Assembly (NCBI RefSeq): GCF_044704955.1
Contig: NC_091984.1
Span: forward strand, 144,708,001 to 144,772,000
Source of the DNA: Pristiophorus japonicus
Lineage: Eukaryota
Length of the DNA: 64,000 nucleotides
Reading direction: 5' to 3'
Each line of letters opens with the position of its first letter. Positions within the stretch are counted from its first letter, which is position 1. Positions 12,850 to 25,199 of this stretch are shown piece after piece. The notes beneath the pieces are model-generated. The model had not been told where the DNA came from, searched no databases, and was given only the letters and a program-made list of their open reading frames with translations. A program made the translations under genes and the position numbers.

Positions 12850-14081
12850 CTTTTTACAACAAAACAATGTTTGGCCTTAATCCATCTGACTTCAGTTTAT
12901 ACTTTTACAAACACTTTCGCCTTGGTTGATTTTAGTAACCCTTCAAGATTCCCTTCCCTCATCTTTTGCTTTAATTAACAGGACAAGACGAATAGATACA
13001 ACACTATTATCAACTGTACAATTACTAACAAGTGTGATACGATTCGAACCCAGGAGGGGATCTCAATATTGAGTCCCACATCCCACTGTGGAGGGGCAAT
13101 CATTTCCTCAATTTCCTCCCTTACTTTTTCGTTCTTTTGGTGTGACATGTAATAATGTTTGTGGGACAACTCGATGTTCTTTAACAGTTCAGTCAAATGT
13201 TCGAGGAACAGTGGGATATAGTATCCAACACGCGATATGTATCCCTGGAGGTTCGTAACGTATCATTGACTGTAATATGGATATGTTTGTGGTCTGAGAT
13301 AGGAATTATCCTTTCTTGTGCTAACTGTGCCTCTACCTGGGGTTTGAAACAAAAGGAAGAATCTGTCAGCATTTTAGGGAGAGGTTTTAATCTGCTTGCG
13401 ATCAGTTCGGTCACATTTACTGCCTTTGGTCAAGGTCAAACAGGAATCAAAACCCTGCGTCCAATTCATTCCTGACCGAAATCCTGCCATTGTCATTTAA
13501 AAACAATCCCCACACCTCCCCTGCACTTGTGGCTAGATCCAACCACACAGACATAAATCCCTTGTTCCTCCTTCCACCACTTTTCCCAACATAATTTCAC
13601 CCCTTCTCTTGTTCCTGTGCTCCGCCTGTTTGAGTTTTTACCCAGTTTCTCCCATTCTGTGGATGCATTAACTTTTCCCCTGCCTGTTTTCTATAACCAC
13701 CACCACCCTCCCATGGGGGCAATCCCTTTACATTCCAGACAAACTCGTCTCCCCTCTCTCACCCGTACATTCCTGGCCGTGATGTTTACCCTGGGGCAGG
13801 ACACTGACACCTCCCCAAGTTTACCCTCGGTTTGTCTGGAGTACTTGGTCAAATTTGACCCTAACCACCCTGGCCAGCTCTCAGTGTGAGCATAGGTGTT
13901 TGTGCCCTTGTTGCTCCGTATGGCTCCCCCTTGAGTTACAGTGGGGCCGGTTCCTCCCATACACCCGTGTGTAAGGAATGTCTCGGTGTCTCCCCGATCT
14001 CCCAATCCTTTAATAATAATGGCCATCCACAGGCCTATCCACAACGTCCACCTCCTCTCGTACCCTTGGCTCGATTCGCTC
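12850..14081 (-). pseudogene. env: env-like membrane glycoprotein with signal peptide, Ig-like domain and C-terminal TM; disrupted and probably internally deleted
   Basis: Candidate splice acceptor TTTCTTTCATTTTTGTCTTTATAG ending at 14082; hydrophobic WTLWIGLWMAIIIKGLG; one frame 14044-13193 with internal stops; after a frameshift a heptad-like stretch and TM IVSHLLVIVQLIIVLYLFVLSC; N-glycosylation sequons NLT, NIT, NAS, NVT, NDT. Confidence 0.7.
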
Positions 14082-14270
14082 CTATAAAGACAAAAATGAA
14101 AGAAATACCTTTGCTCTGTGGGGCCTCCCCCTCACAGGTCCTCCTTCAGTTATTCACAAATGTACATAACTTCTTTTTACAATCACTGCTTCCCTCTCCT
14201 TTTATCCCGATGCTTGGGCTTACAGAGGCTCGGGGGTGGAGATGGGATGAGGTGTCCAGGGCACCCTAGG

Positions 14271-17200
14271 TCACAGTACCTGACCACTCCACCTTACTGC
14301 TCCGTCCCTTACTTCTCCATCCTCATCATCCCACAGTATTGGTGGGAGGCTTACACTGATCAAACTCATTATTATTACTGGGGCCTTGGCCCGCTTTTTA
14401 CTTTTCTCTCCGGGGTTGTACAGCTTACACTGGTTTATATGGAACCATTTTATATGTTTTGGCAGCTGGATCACGTACACCATAGGGCTTGCCTTGTCTA
14501 CAATGCTATATGGTCCTTTGTACAATGGTTCAAATGCCGCTATTCTGGCATAATTCCTGACCATTACCTGATCCCCTGCCCTCCATTCCTGTGTAACCCA
14601 GAGTTCCAGCAGCAGTTTATTTCTGCTGGTGCTGCCTGCCCATATTGTTAGCTGCTTCCCAATGCAGCCCCTTCAGAGTACCATACAGATCTGTGACAAA
14701 CCTGTCCCGTGTGATCTCTTTAACCTGCGTTTCAGTCAGGACTGGTGCTAGGATATAGGTCGGGGTCATCATTAGTCTCCCTGTCATCATCGCATGTGGG
14801 GAGTGTCCCATACTCTTAGAGAGACTGGCTCAGTGGCTCATCAGTATTCGGGGTAGGGTCTCACCCCATTTCTTCGGGGTATCTCCTATTTCCTTCCTAA
14901 GCCTCTCTTTTAAGGTTCGGTTTGTCCTCTACTGGACCTGACGATTGGGGGTTATACGCCACATGAAATTTCCCCTGTATCCCTAACAGCTTTAGGGTGG
15001 CCTGCATTACTGCTCCAGTGAAATGACTCCCTTGATCTGATTCCACTATCAGGGGCAGTCCCCATTGAGAAAATACTTCTCGCACCAGAATCTTTGCTGT
15101 GACTATCACGGTGGCCGCCCAACATGGAAAAGCTTCAACCCATTTTGTAAAGAGATGTATTAACACCAAGCAATATTTATTGCCTCTGCCTGAGGTGGGC
15201 AGTGGCCCAATGGAATCTATCTGTATAGACTGCCATGGCCCCTCTACCCTCCTCGTGTATCCCAACAGAGCCTTCCTCGGTGGGGGTGTGGATTGTTTGT
15301 GGCACATACCAGACAATTCTGGCAATAATCCCTGACATCACTTCTAAGCCCGGGCCACCATCCCACGGCTTCTACTTTATTCCACATTGTTTCTGGCCCT
15401 GGATGTCCAGCTCCTGGACCCACATGCACCAGCTGCAAGAATTCTTCCTTGCACTGCCCTGGCACGATCCAACTATCTCCCTTGAACAACATTCCTTGCT
15501 TTACTGCTATGTCTGCAGCTCCCAAAGGTCCCACTGCAGACTTCCCGTCTATTTTGTCCCTAATCGCTGCTCTAAGGTCAGCATCCCGTAGCTGAGCCTG
15601 TTTTAAATCAGGCGGCAATGGGACTTCTTTGGGCCTCTCTCTGCCTGTTACAGCCGTGATCTGTCCACAGTGACATGGGTCCCAAGGTGTCCCTTCTCCT
15701 GCCCCTGTTTTAGCCAGTGTGTCTGCTTTCTCATTCCCTTCCCACTTGGGCTCTGTCTTAGAGTGTGCTTTGACCTTTTGGATGTAGTCACCCTTCTGGT
15801 CCGTACCCTTGACGTGCAAAATTACTTTTAACAATGGAACCATCACCAACCATTTTCCATCTGAGGACTTAAACCCTCGCCTCGCCAATATGGCTAAATA
15901 CTCTGTACAGGAATTAGAAATGAACATGGAGTCTGAACATATCGTGTAGGGAGTTGGGAATTCGTTCGGGTGTGTGACTACATACGCTACTGCTGCTAGC
16001 TCGGTCTGCTGCGTACTTAAAGTGTTGGGGATTTTATGGCTTTCTCCATCACTGCCTCTGGATCGTAAATCCCACAGCCTGTCTTTCTCTCTCTGTTTAT
16101 TACTGAACTGGACCCATCTACATAGACGTCCCTGCCTGTCAGGTGTTCTCCTGCTCAGAATCCCACATCTACATCCCACACTCCTTCCACTGAACACACA
16201 TGAGCTGTCCCCGGATAAACCAGGCTCGGGGCGAGCTTTGGTTCTCCTGACCTCTCGACCTTCAGGTCGAACTGAGTAAGTAACAATGTCCAGCGGGCAA
16301 TCCTGTTACTGCTCACTGTCCCATCTTTCATTCTACCATCCAGTAACACTTGTGTCGTGGTGTGACAGGTACTGTAGCTAACCCTGTGAGCGATCGAAAA
16401 TGCTTCACTGCCCAAAATGTTGCTAACAGATGTCGTTCGCAATTCGAAAAGCTCTTTTCTATTTCGGTGAGAACTCGGGAGGCGTAGGCCACTGGTCTCA
16501 GCTTGCCGTGTCGCTCCTGGAGTAACACTGCACTCAAACTGTCCCCAGTCATTGCTACCTCCAGACTAAAGTCCTGGTCCCCATTGACTGCTCCCGATGC
16601 TGGTGCTGTCTGTAACACCGCTTTTAACCAAATGAAAGTTTCCTGACAAGTCTCACTCCATTCCCACTCTACTCCTTTCCGAAGAAGCCTCAACAAAGGA
16701 GCTGCCACGGTTACATATTCCTCTATGAATTCCCTGCAGTAACCCGTTATTCCCAGGAAAGACCTTACTCCAGACACGTCCTTCGGAACAGGTAGTTCCT
16801 GGACTGACTTTCTCTTAGCTCTATCTATGGCCCTTTCTCCTGCCCTAATGGTCAAACCTAGAAACTGCACCTCCTCTTTGCCTATTTGAGCTTTCTTGGG
16901 ACTGACTTAAAAACCTGCTTCTTTCAACAAATGCAGTAACTCACTCAATAATGGCCCGTGGTCCTCCGCACTTTCGGAGAATAACAACAGGTCGTCCACA
17001 TATTGGACCAACCGATCTGGCTGACTAAAACCGTTTAATGCCTCGGCCATACTCTGGTGGAAGATCGAGGGACTGTTGTGAAACCCTTGTGGAAGACATG
17101 TCCACGTATACTGCTGACCTTTAAAGGTAAAGGTAGATTTATACTGGTCCTCCCGTCTCAGGGGAATGGACGAAAACCCGTTTGAAATGTCCAGCACTGT

Positions 17201-18069
17201 GAAAGTTGTTGTGGCCGCAGGGATACTCCCGATCAAATCCGCTACCACTGCTACCGTGGGCGCACAGGCTGGAATATTTTTATTCAGGATTCGGTCATCT
17301 ACCGTGGCCCTCCATGAGTTATCGGGCTTCTTTACTGGTCATAGGGGTGAGTTTACATGTGTGGCTATGGTCCTCAACACACCTTGATCCACCAGGGAAT
17401 TTATAGCAGTTTCCAAATCCCTTTCTGCTTCCCGGGGAAAATTATACTGTTTCTGGGGTCGTGTCATCCAATCCCCATCTATCTTCACCTCTACCCTAGA
17501 TACTATCCCGCAATCGTGCTTGTGCATTGCAAACACATCCATATTCTCCCGTACATACCTTGATACCGGGCCGGAATGTTATCGACTAATCGTTCTAAAT
17601 CATAACTCTCTTTCGGCTTCATCGTGCAGGTGCTGCCTTTGTCTGCACTGTCCCTGGGAATCACTGCGATCTCTCCCATCTTATCTGCATCAACTGCCCC
17701 CCATAGACAATTGTTTTCCATATCCACTATGGTGTGGTGTGCCAACATGTAGTCGGCCCCGAGAACTCCCGAACCGGGCTGTTCCCACTTCATTAAAATG
17801 CCCTCCCATTTCATTATGTTCGGTCCTAACTCTACGGTTCAGGGTTTCCACACTGCCCCAGCCTGCTCATTACCCGTCAAACCCACCAGTGTAAATGGTA
17901 CTCCGCTCAACCACGGGGAAGTGGTCGGATTCGGTGAGTGGACAACCGTGCTAGAGGCTCCTGTATCTACTAGATCCCTTCTCCTAACTGTTTCCACCTT
18001 CACATCCACACATGGGCTGCCCCACCCATCATATATGAGCAGACACAGGTATTCTGGCTGGGCACACCG
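14271..18069 (-). pseudogene. pol: pol: protease, reverse transcriptase, tether RNase H, second RNase H, integrase (frameshifted)
   Basis: LVDTGAS (D at 17967); VLDISNGF..WTCLPQGFHNSP..QYVDDLL (16907-17248); LRPVAYASRVLT..CERHLLA (16328-16870); YVDGSS (~16125), QQTELAA, SDS, KVKAH..GNEKADTLAK (15244-16197); HHCC, QID..ESDQGSHF..SSGPVE, GPY. Confidence 0.93.
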
Positions 18070-19730
18070 TCACAGTGGGGGTGCCGACACATTGGGTCCC
18101 TTTTCTCCCACTGCTGCGTCCAGCTTTCCTCCACCCGTGCCCATAACCTGCTGTAATGCGGCCACTAAAACCTGCACTGGGTCGTCGGCTACCTTCTTCT
18201 GGCCTTTTCCTGCCTCAGCACCTCGTACCCTGGCTTCCCTCCTTTAGAGAGCCTACAATCCTTGCTCCAGTGTCCCAACTTCCCACAGTTAAAACACTCG
18301 CCTTTAGATCGACCCGCATTACCTCCCTCTTGTCTCCATTCTTTCTATGGCCTAACCTCTCCTTTTACTTCGTGTACCTTCCCGTTTAGTTTCTCCTCCT
18401 CCCCTTGCCTGGACTTAAAGCTAGAGTTAATCTTCTCAGCACCCCTGCCTCTGTATTCTGGAGATGGTCTGGGTCAAACCATGCTTCAACCTTTGCTCTG
18501 AGCCGTGGCAAACTGTTACCATTACGGTTCTCAGCCAATGGTCCCTGGGTTCCCCTATTAAATCTGCCCGTACCAGATTTCCTCCAGCAGCCCTTAAATA
18601 AATCACCCACAGTCTGTCTGCAAACGTATCGGGCGATTCGTTTACTTGCTGCCTAGTCTGTTCTACCTGCCAGAACGGACTACCCTGACTGTACCCGAGC
18701 ACTGCCATCATTTGCTCCTTTAAGCCCTGTGGGGTTCCTGCACCTAACTTGGTGGCTGTCGACAAGCTCTGATAAATCTTCCCCTCCAGCGAGAGCAGTG
18801 TTAGCTTCACTTTCTCCTCCTCGCTGCAGTTATTGATACCCCCTATCTGCTCTATATTAGTAAAATGAACAGAGGCATCCCCTCCTTGCTTTAACTGTAC
18901 TACACCCATCAGCATCTGCTGCAGCTGAAGCGGTGTGTATGGGATCACTAGTCGCTCTATAATGGTGCCGGACCACCATTTGGTGGGGGTGGGCCGAATT
19001 TCTGCTGTCTCAAAGGACACATCGGTTTCAGGGGTCCCGGTGCCTCGGGAGCCGGCTGATGCTCGCGATACTCGGGCCCATCATCTGACTCTTTCCCCTC
19101 TGGATCCCAATCTTCCTCACCTGTTCCGGGTGCCCTGAGACAAACCATCCCTTTGGTCCCGTCTAACTCTGCCGTTAATTGGTGGATCTTTTCCTGACAA
19201 GGTCCGTGATCTGCTCTCGCGTAACCCTGTTTCTGGGCTACGTGATAGGCTATCGACTCTCCTGACCTGGTCCTCTGCCTCTTGGCTCTTTCTAAATGCC
19301 TTTCACTTTGTTCAATATGGGTCTGCTGCTGCTTTTTGCACTCGGTCACCTGGCATTGTAAATACTCAAGGTGATTCCGTGCCGTTTCTTCCTTCCGACC
19401 CTGGTCCTGCCTTTCCTTCTCCAAACTGCCTACCTCGCCCTTTAACCCTTTATTCTCCTTCTCCAGCTTTCCGACCCTTTCTCTTAACAGTTGTGTCTGC
19501 TTCTGCAGGTATATGAGCCAAACCTCCTTCTTTTTTGACCCTTTGTGGTTACTACTGACTGTCCACTCTGCTGTTTGTTCCTGCGGATCCCCAGAGTGCA
19601 GCATTTCCCGTGCCCATAGCCCTGAAATGTTCAATTTGTTGCCTATATATCCAGCTACCTTAGCCTCCATGGACTTCCTACGATGGCTGTTAGCTGCGGG
19701 CTCTACCACGTTTTGCTGCGGTGAGCCCAT
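18070..19730 (-). pseudogene. gag: gag (coiled-coil N-terminus, capsid-like region, CCHC zinc knuckle), frameshifted
   Basis: ORFs 18957-19730 and 18436-19020; CFNCGKLGHWSKDC at ~18296-18255. Confidence 0.85.
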
Positions 19731-20509
19731 TTCCAGTGCCTCTGGCTGAGAAATTCTCTCTGACTACCTTGGTGTCCCCTGAGACCACCTCGCAGTGATC
19801 TGCGGTTCCTGTTACTCTGGCTTCTCTCTGTGGCTACCCTAGTCGACCCGAGACTACTCCGGCCTGTCAGAGACTTTCTCTCCTGGTCCCCTAGTCACCC
19901 TTGAGATCACCTTTGGCCTCCCTGAGACGACCCCGTGACAATATTGGCTTTTCTCTGTGACTACCCCAGTCAACCGAGATTACTCCAGACTATCCGAGAC
20001 TGTTTCTCCCTCAGGCTGCCCTGGCCGCCCGTGAGATTATCCCTGGCCTCCCTGACACCCCTGCGCAGACTATCTGCGATTACTTCTCCCGGTTGCTGCC
20101 CTAGTCAGCCGGAGCTCTTCGGCTACTCCTGGTCCCCCTTGAGATTACCTTGGTCTCCCTGAGACCCCTTCGCAGACTACCTGCGGCTTTCTCGGTGGCT
20201 ACACTCGTCAACCCAGGATTACTCCAGCCTACCCAAGACTGTTCCTTCCTCTGCTGGCTGCCCTAGCTGCCCTTGAGAGTACAATGGTCTCCCTCAGACC
20301 ACTGAGCAACTACCTGAGACTTCTTTTCTCAGTGGCTACCCTAATCGACGGAGAAGACTCAAGCCTATCAGACCCTGTTACTCTCCTGGTCGCCCTAGCC
20401 GCCCTGGAGAAGATCCTTTTCGACCACCTTAGCTGACCTTAGACATAACCAAGCCTCCCTCGGGGTTTTTGCTCTGGTATGTGTCCCTGATACTATTCCC
20501 AAAGCCGAG

Positions 20510-20527
20510 GTCCTGCCGCGGTCACCA
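20510..20527 (-). other. Primer-binding site complementary to the tRNA-Arg(TCG) 3' end
   Basis: Plus strand GTCCTGCCGCGGTCACCA versus recalled vertebrate tRNA-Arg(TCG) end GTCCTGCCGCGGTCG-CCA (1 mismatch); 5 nt from the LTR end. Confidence 0.8.
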
Positions 20528-21196
20528 ATTTCTGTAGGTAGTTTGTTTTTCACTCTACTCTGATTCTTCGACCTGGGAACTTGTAGTGGGAAAGGACAAC
20601 ATGTGACACAATATTTAGGCTTCACCCAGTGTCAGTTTTATTATGCACAAAAACCGTCGAAAACTACAGGACTAGACTTCTGAGAGAAATCGACTGAAAT
20701 CATACAATTGCCCTTCCTGGCTGTAGCTATTGTAGGTCCGTGGTCATTGGTTCTGTGACCGGTTGGTACTTCTTCTGGCCGTTCTCTGCAGTGCTGTTAC
20801 TTCTGTGTACGTTCCGTACAACATGTTCCTCCGTCCATTCGTCTGTTCGTGCTTTCGACCTGTGTCCATCTGTACATGTGTCCTTCTACTTCTCCTGTGT
20901 GCTTCTTCTTCCGTCTGTTCCTGTCCTTCTTCCATCTCCTGCTGAGCTGCTTCTAGCTCACATATTTATATCCAGGTTATGACTGATCTCCCGCCACTGC
21001 GGTTTCTGATAAAGTGTTTGCATCAATACATTGTTTTGTGGTCCCCTTGGTTGATTGATTACAATAATGAACTCGTCTGTTTCCCATTTGCACACTGAGT
21101 CTGCAAGGCTCAAGTTGATTTCTCATCTTAACACCTCATCCTAAAAAATGTGCAACTGTTGTGGTTCCTTTGTTGTCAGGTCCTTTTACAGACCTG

Positions 21197-24068
21197 GGGC
21201 TAGAACCTCCTCTTTTATTGCCTGTTTAATGCCCACTTAACACCCATTTTACCACTGAAATGACATATAACGCCCAGATATCACCCATTTTGGCACAAAA
21301 TGGAAACTGACGGGCTTTTTTAGGAGACTTGTCGCCGAGCATTACTTTCCCAATGGGCTTAACGCAGAGAATAAATATTATCGCCCACCTACTTTTTTGG
21401 GGCGGAATCAGCAGAATGGGCAAATTCAACGCCCATATTATCACCCAGCGTTACTTTCCTCATGGAATTAATGCCGAGATTCAAAACCGCCGACTATTTT
21501 TTGTCATGAACAGCATATTTACCCAAAGTAACGGCCATGGAGATCACCCACCGTCAATTTCACCACCTCGTACACATATCGCCCACAATATCGCTCGCTC
21601 AAAAAACCACCCACAAAAAGTGGAACTAACCAGAACGAATCACAGCGTTATGGATGGCATGATGTAGATCACATGTCACGTCCTTTCACCTCGGCGGAGT
21701 TCGGATGTACTCTGCAGGTCGTTGGAGTTGATGTGAACATCTCTGAAAACATCTTGACCACACTGTGACCAATTGGAATTGAAGAGGTGTGCTCGTCGGG
21801 ACATTCTTTGCTTGTGTGCAATCGGTGACAGACACAGAGCTACTGCAATGGGGCCTGTCCTTTCTCACCCTCTCTTGGTGACCAAATATATGCAGCAGAC
21901 TCAACATCGCTGAAGGAACGCGACATTGCATTATGTGCCCAATGTACAAAATAACAGTCAGATGAGGAGGACCAGTCATTACACCCTCTGCAAGTACAAG
22001 GAGAAGCATTCTTACCTCGACTTGCCCGACACCACCTGCCTTCGGAGACTGCGCTTCCACAAAGAGGTTATCACTGAGGTATGCCAGCTGATAAGGGCAG
22101 ACCTACAGCCTGGCAGCACCATCAGAACTGCACTGTCCGTTGAGGTCGAAGTCACCACGCCACTATCGTTCTATGCCTCGGTTTCTTTTCAGGCCACAGC
22201 TGGTGACATTTGCAGACTTTCTCAGCATGCCACACATTGCTGCATTAGACAGGTCACTGAAGCCCTGTACGCACGCAGGAGGGACTTGATCAGCTTCCCT
22301 ATGACCAGGGAGGCACAGAGTGAGAGGGTTCGAGGTTTCTCCAGAATTGCAAACTTCCCCAAGATGCAGGGAGCAATAGACTGTACGCACATCGCGATGT
22401 GGGCACCTTTTCAGGATGCCGCAAGGGATTCCACTCCCTGAATGTCCAGCTGGTTGTCGACCACCAGCAAATTATACTGGCAGTGAATGCTCAATTTCCG
22501 GGCAGCATCCATGCTGCACACATCCTGCGTGAGAGCATTGTATCTGACTTGTTTAACATTGAGCCACAAGGTCAATGCTGGAAACTTGGGGCCAAAGGAT
22601 ATGGCCTTGCCACCTGGCTGATGACCTCCTGCGTGACACCCACACTGAGGCCGAGAGGTGATACAACGAGAGCCACAGAGCAACTCGCAATATTGTGGAG
22701 AAAACCATTGGAGTGCTGAAGCAGCGCTTTCGATGCCTGGACCACTCAGGTGGTGAGCTCCAATACTACCCTGAGCAGGTAGCTCAATTCGTGGTGATGT
22801 GCTCCATGCTACACAACTTGGCTATCAGGAGGGGACAAGAATTGCCTGATGAGCCTGACAGTCCATCTCACCAGAGAGAGGAAGAGGAGGATGAGGAGGC
22901 GGACGCCGACATCGGATCAGACAATCAGGCTGACGCTGAAGCCATGCCCCCGCCCTTCTGTAGATCGCATGAAAGGTCCCATGGTGGCATGATAGCTGCA
23001 AGCGCCTTACGCCAGGAGCTCATCAATGATCGCTTTGCCTAAAAGAACGTTGGTGTTATTTCCACAGCTGACACACTGCTGGGTGTGCAGGTCATAAATT
23101 AATCGTGGGCATTACCTTGGTGACCGTTAAAGTTTACTTTGATTATATCCTTTGATGTTAACAAATCACCAGCGTGTTACGGTACAGCTATCTGAGCCAA
23201 TGTGCTGCAAGGTTTTGTTCAATAAAAAACATTTAAACCAAACATTAGTCTGAAATCATCAGTATTTCTGTACAAACCAACCCTTCCCCCCACCCACCCC
23301 GCTTCTCCTCCCCAACTCTACCCCTTCCCCTTCCCCTTCTGACTCCAAGCCGCCTGACCGCGGAGGTTCTCAGGCGATGCTTCATTGGGAGGTGGGTGGT
23401 GATGGACAAAGCACTGCTTGGACGGATATGGGAGAAGATGGTCCCAAGGTGGGAACGTGCTTCGAGCCAGAAGCGAGATGTTGCTCCTGGCTCTCATGTG
23501 TGGTTGGCAATGGGGTTGCGTCACCTTGGGGTGTAGTGCGGCGCTCCGGGATCACTGGGAGCCCTCTGCCACCAGTGTTCCTGGCTACCAGCTCCAGGGC
23601 CTCCTCCATCCCTTACATTTTATATGTTATTTGTGGGACAAAAACTCGATGCCAACTATGTTCTTGGTGCTTAGTGCGCTTTTTGCTGCTGGTGAATCTC
23701 CCTCGTGACTCCCACAACAGCCAAACAAACGCAAACCACAGACACACACGCTTTCAGTGCGTCTGAGCTCCCTCTCTCTCTGTCTCCTCTTCTGCGTATG
23801 TCATGGTTACCCTTGACCTCCAGAATCGAGGGAATGGACCATTGCCATGCTGTTGCTAAGGACGACCGCACTTTACAACAGAAGGTCAGAAAAATTTAAC
23901 GCTGCCGCCCATTTGAACTCGTTCGCGATAACGGCCATTTTCAAAGATGTAAACTAAGTGTTTTGAGAATGGGCGAGAAGCCGGCGATCTGAAAATCCTT
24001 TTTTACCACCCACGCCGGAAATCACGCCCATTTTTGGGCGCTAAGCTCAAAAGTGGAGGTTCTAGCCC
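21197..24068 (+). mobile_element. PIF/Harbinger DNA transposon
   Basis: 20-bp TIRs GGGCTAGAACCTCCTCTTTT / AAAAGTGGAGGTTCTAGCCC (1 mismatch); 3-bp flanks CTG / TTG. Confidence 0.9.
21926..23042 (+). pseudogene. Harbinger (HARBI1-like) DDE transposase, frameshifted
   Basis: GAIDCTHIA, RKGFHSLNVQLVVD, FPGSIH, EKTIGVLKQRFRCLD, CSMLHNLA across three overlapping frames. Confidence 0.92.
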
Positions 24069-25199
24069 TTGGTGTCTCCAGTGAGCTTGTGTTCCCCACC
24101 CTGGTCAATCAAGTTCAGGGCCTCACGTAACAACTCCATTGTTGTTATGCATGGAGTCAGTTTTGGTCCCTGACCACAGAATGTCATTAATTGTCCAGCT
24201 TCATTCCAAAAGCTGGTATTAAGCAATTTTTAGTTCATGGTCTCCTTCTGTGCTTTTCTGAAGATTGGTAACCTTACACACAACACCTCACCTCTCCCAC
24301 CCCCAAAACCGCCCCTCACCCAACCCCAACACCGCCCCCAACTCCCACCCCCAACACAACTCCTCTCCATCCCCCAACACCGCCCCTTTCCCACCTCCAA
24401 CACCCACCTTAAACTGACACACACAGCAGGCAGGACTTATATGGGCACATGACCCCCCGCGGGACACATCACCACTGAGGGGTCATGTCCCCTGGCCTCA
24501 GAATGGAAACCATGGCAACACAGAAGCCACAGGGGTGGACCAATCACAGCAAAGTGCTGCAGACTGTGCATTTGTGCCTGAGAGAGCAACGAGGAGAGAG
24601 CTTCAATCTATTTAACCCTTCGATCCCTGGCTGCCATCTGAAAACTAAGCCCGAGTTGGCAGTGGTGGTGACTACATTATTCCCACTGTTATTCTGCCCC
24701 CTGCTCATTCATCTCAACCCCTGTGTTAATGTTTCTCTGCTCAATGGTACTGCTCCCCACGGCAAATCCAACCAGAGAGATTTCTCAGCTGGGTATGAAA
24801 CATGGAGAAGCAGAGATGGGCATGGACTGTGTGGGGGCACTAAAGGACCCACTGGCTCCGACCAATAATAAAACAGTCAGTAAGGACACGGGGAAAAGTG
24901 GGGGATGGGATCAGATGATGGACCTGGGCAAGTCCGACAAGGAGGCTGTCCTGCCGGCCAGATCAATGGTGAAATATGCTGGCCTCATTACCGTCCAGAC
25001 TGTCAGCCAATCACCGTGGCTTCCTCCTTCGGAGAGTTGTTCAAATCTCCACAGGTTTCACAGCTGCAGCTCACAGACACGCTGGTGAGCAGATTGTTGG
25101 GGTGTTTGCTCTACACTTGTCCAGTTGCTGTGTGTCACGGGCCTGGGCAACTTTACAATTGGAGCCCATTACTGCTCTCATAAAGTGACGGGCACATTG

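Larger units (their letters stand above)
11914..24278 (-). mobile_element. Decayed endogenous retrovirus-like provirus (element B): LTR-gag-pro-RT-RH-RH-IN-env-LTR, lokiretrovirus-like
   Basis: Ordered domains, PBS and two LTR-like ends (see sub-features); 5' LTR interrupted by a Harbinger transposon. Confidence 0.85.
20533..24278 (-). repeat. 5' LTR of element B (~870 bp once the Harbinger insertion is removed)
   Basis: Ends CCTACA at 20533 next to the PBS; candidate start TGTAAGG at 24278. Confidence 0.7.

Noticed and set aside
21926-23042. Domesticated host HARBI1 gene or RAG-like transposon
   Set aside because: Frameshifted and enclosed by TIRs/TSD; Harbinger motifs, not RAG1/Transib; the TIRs are not RSS-like
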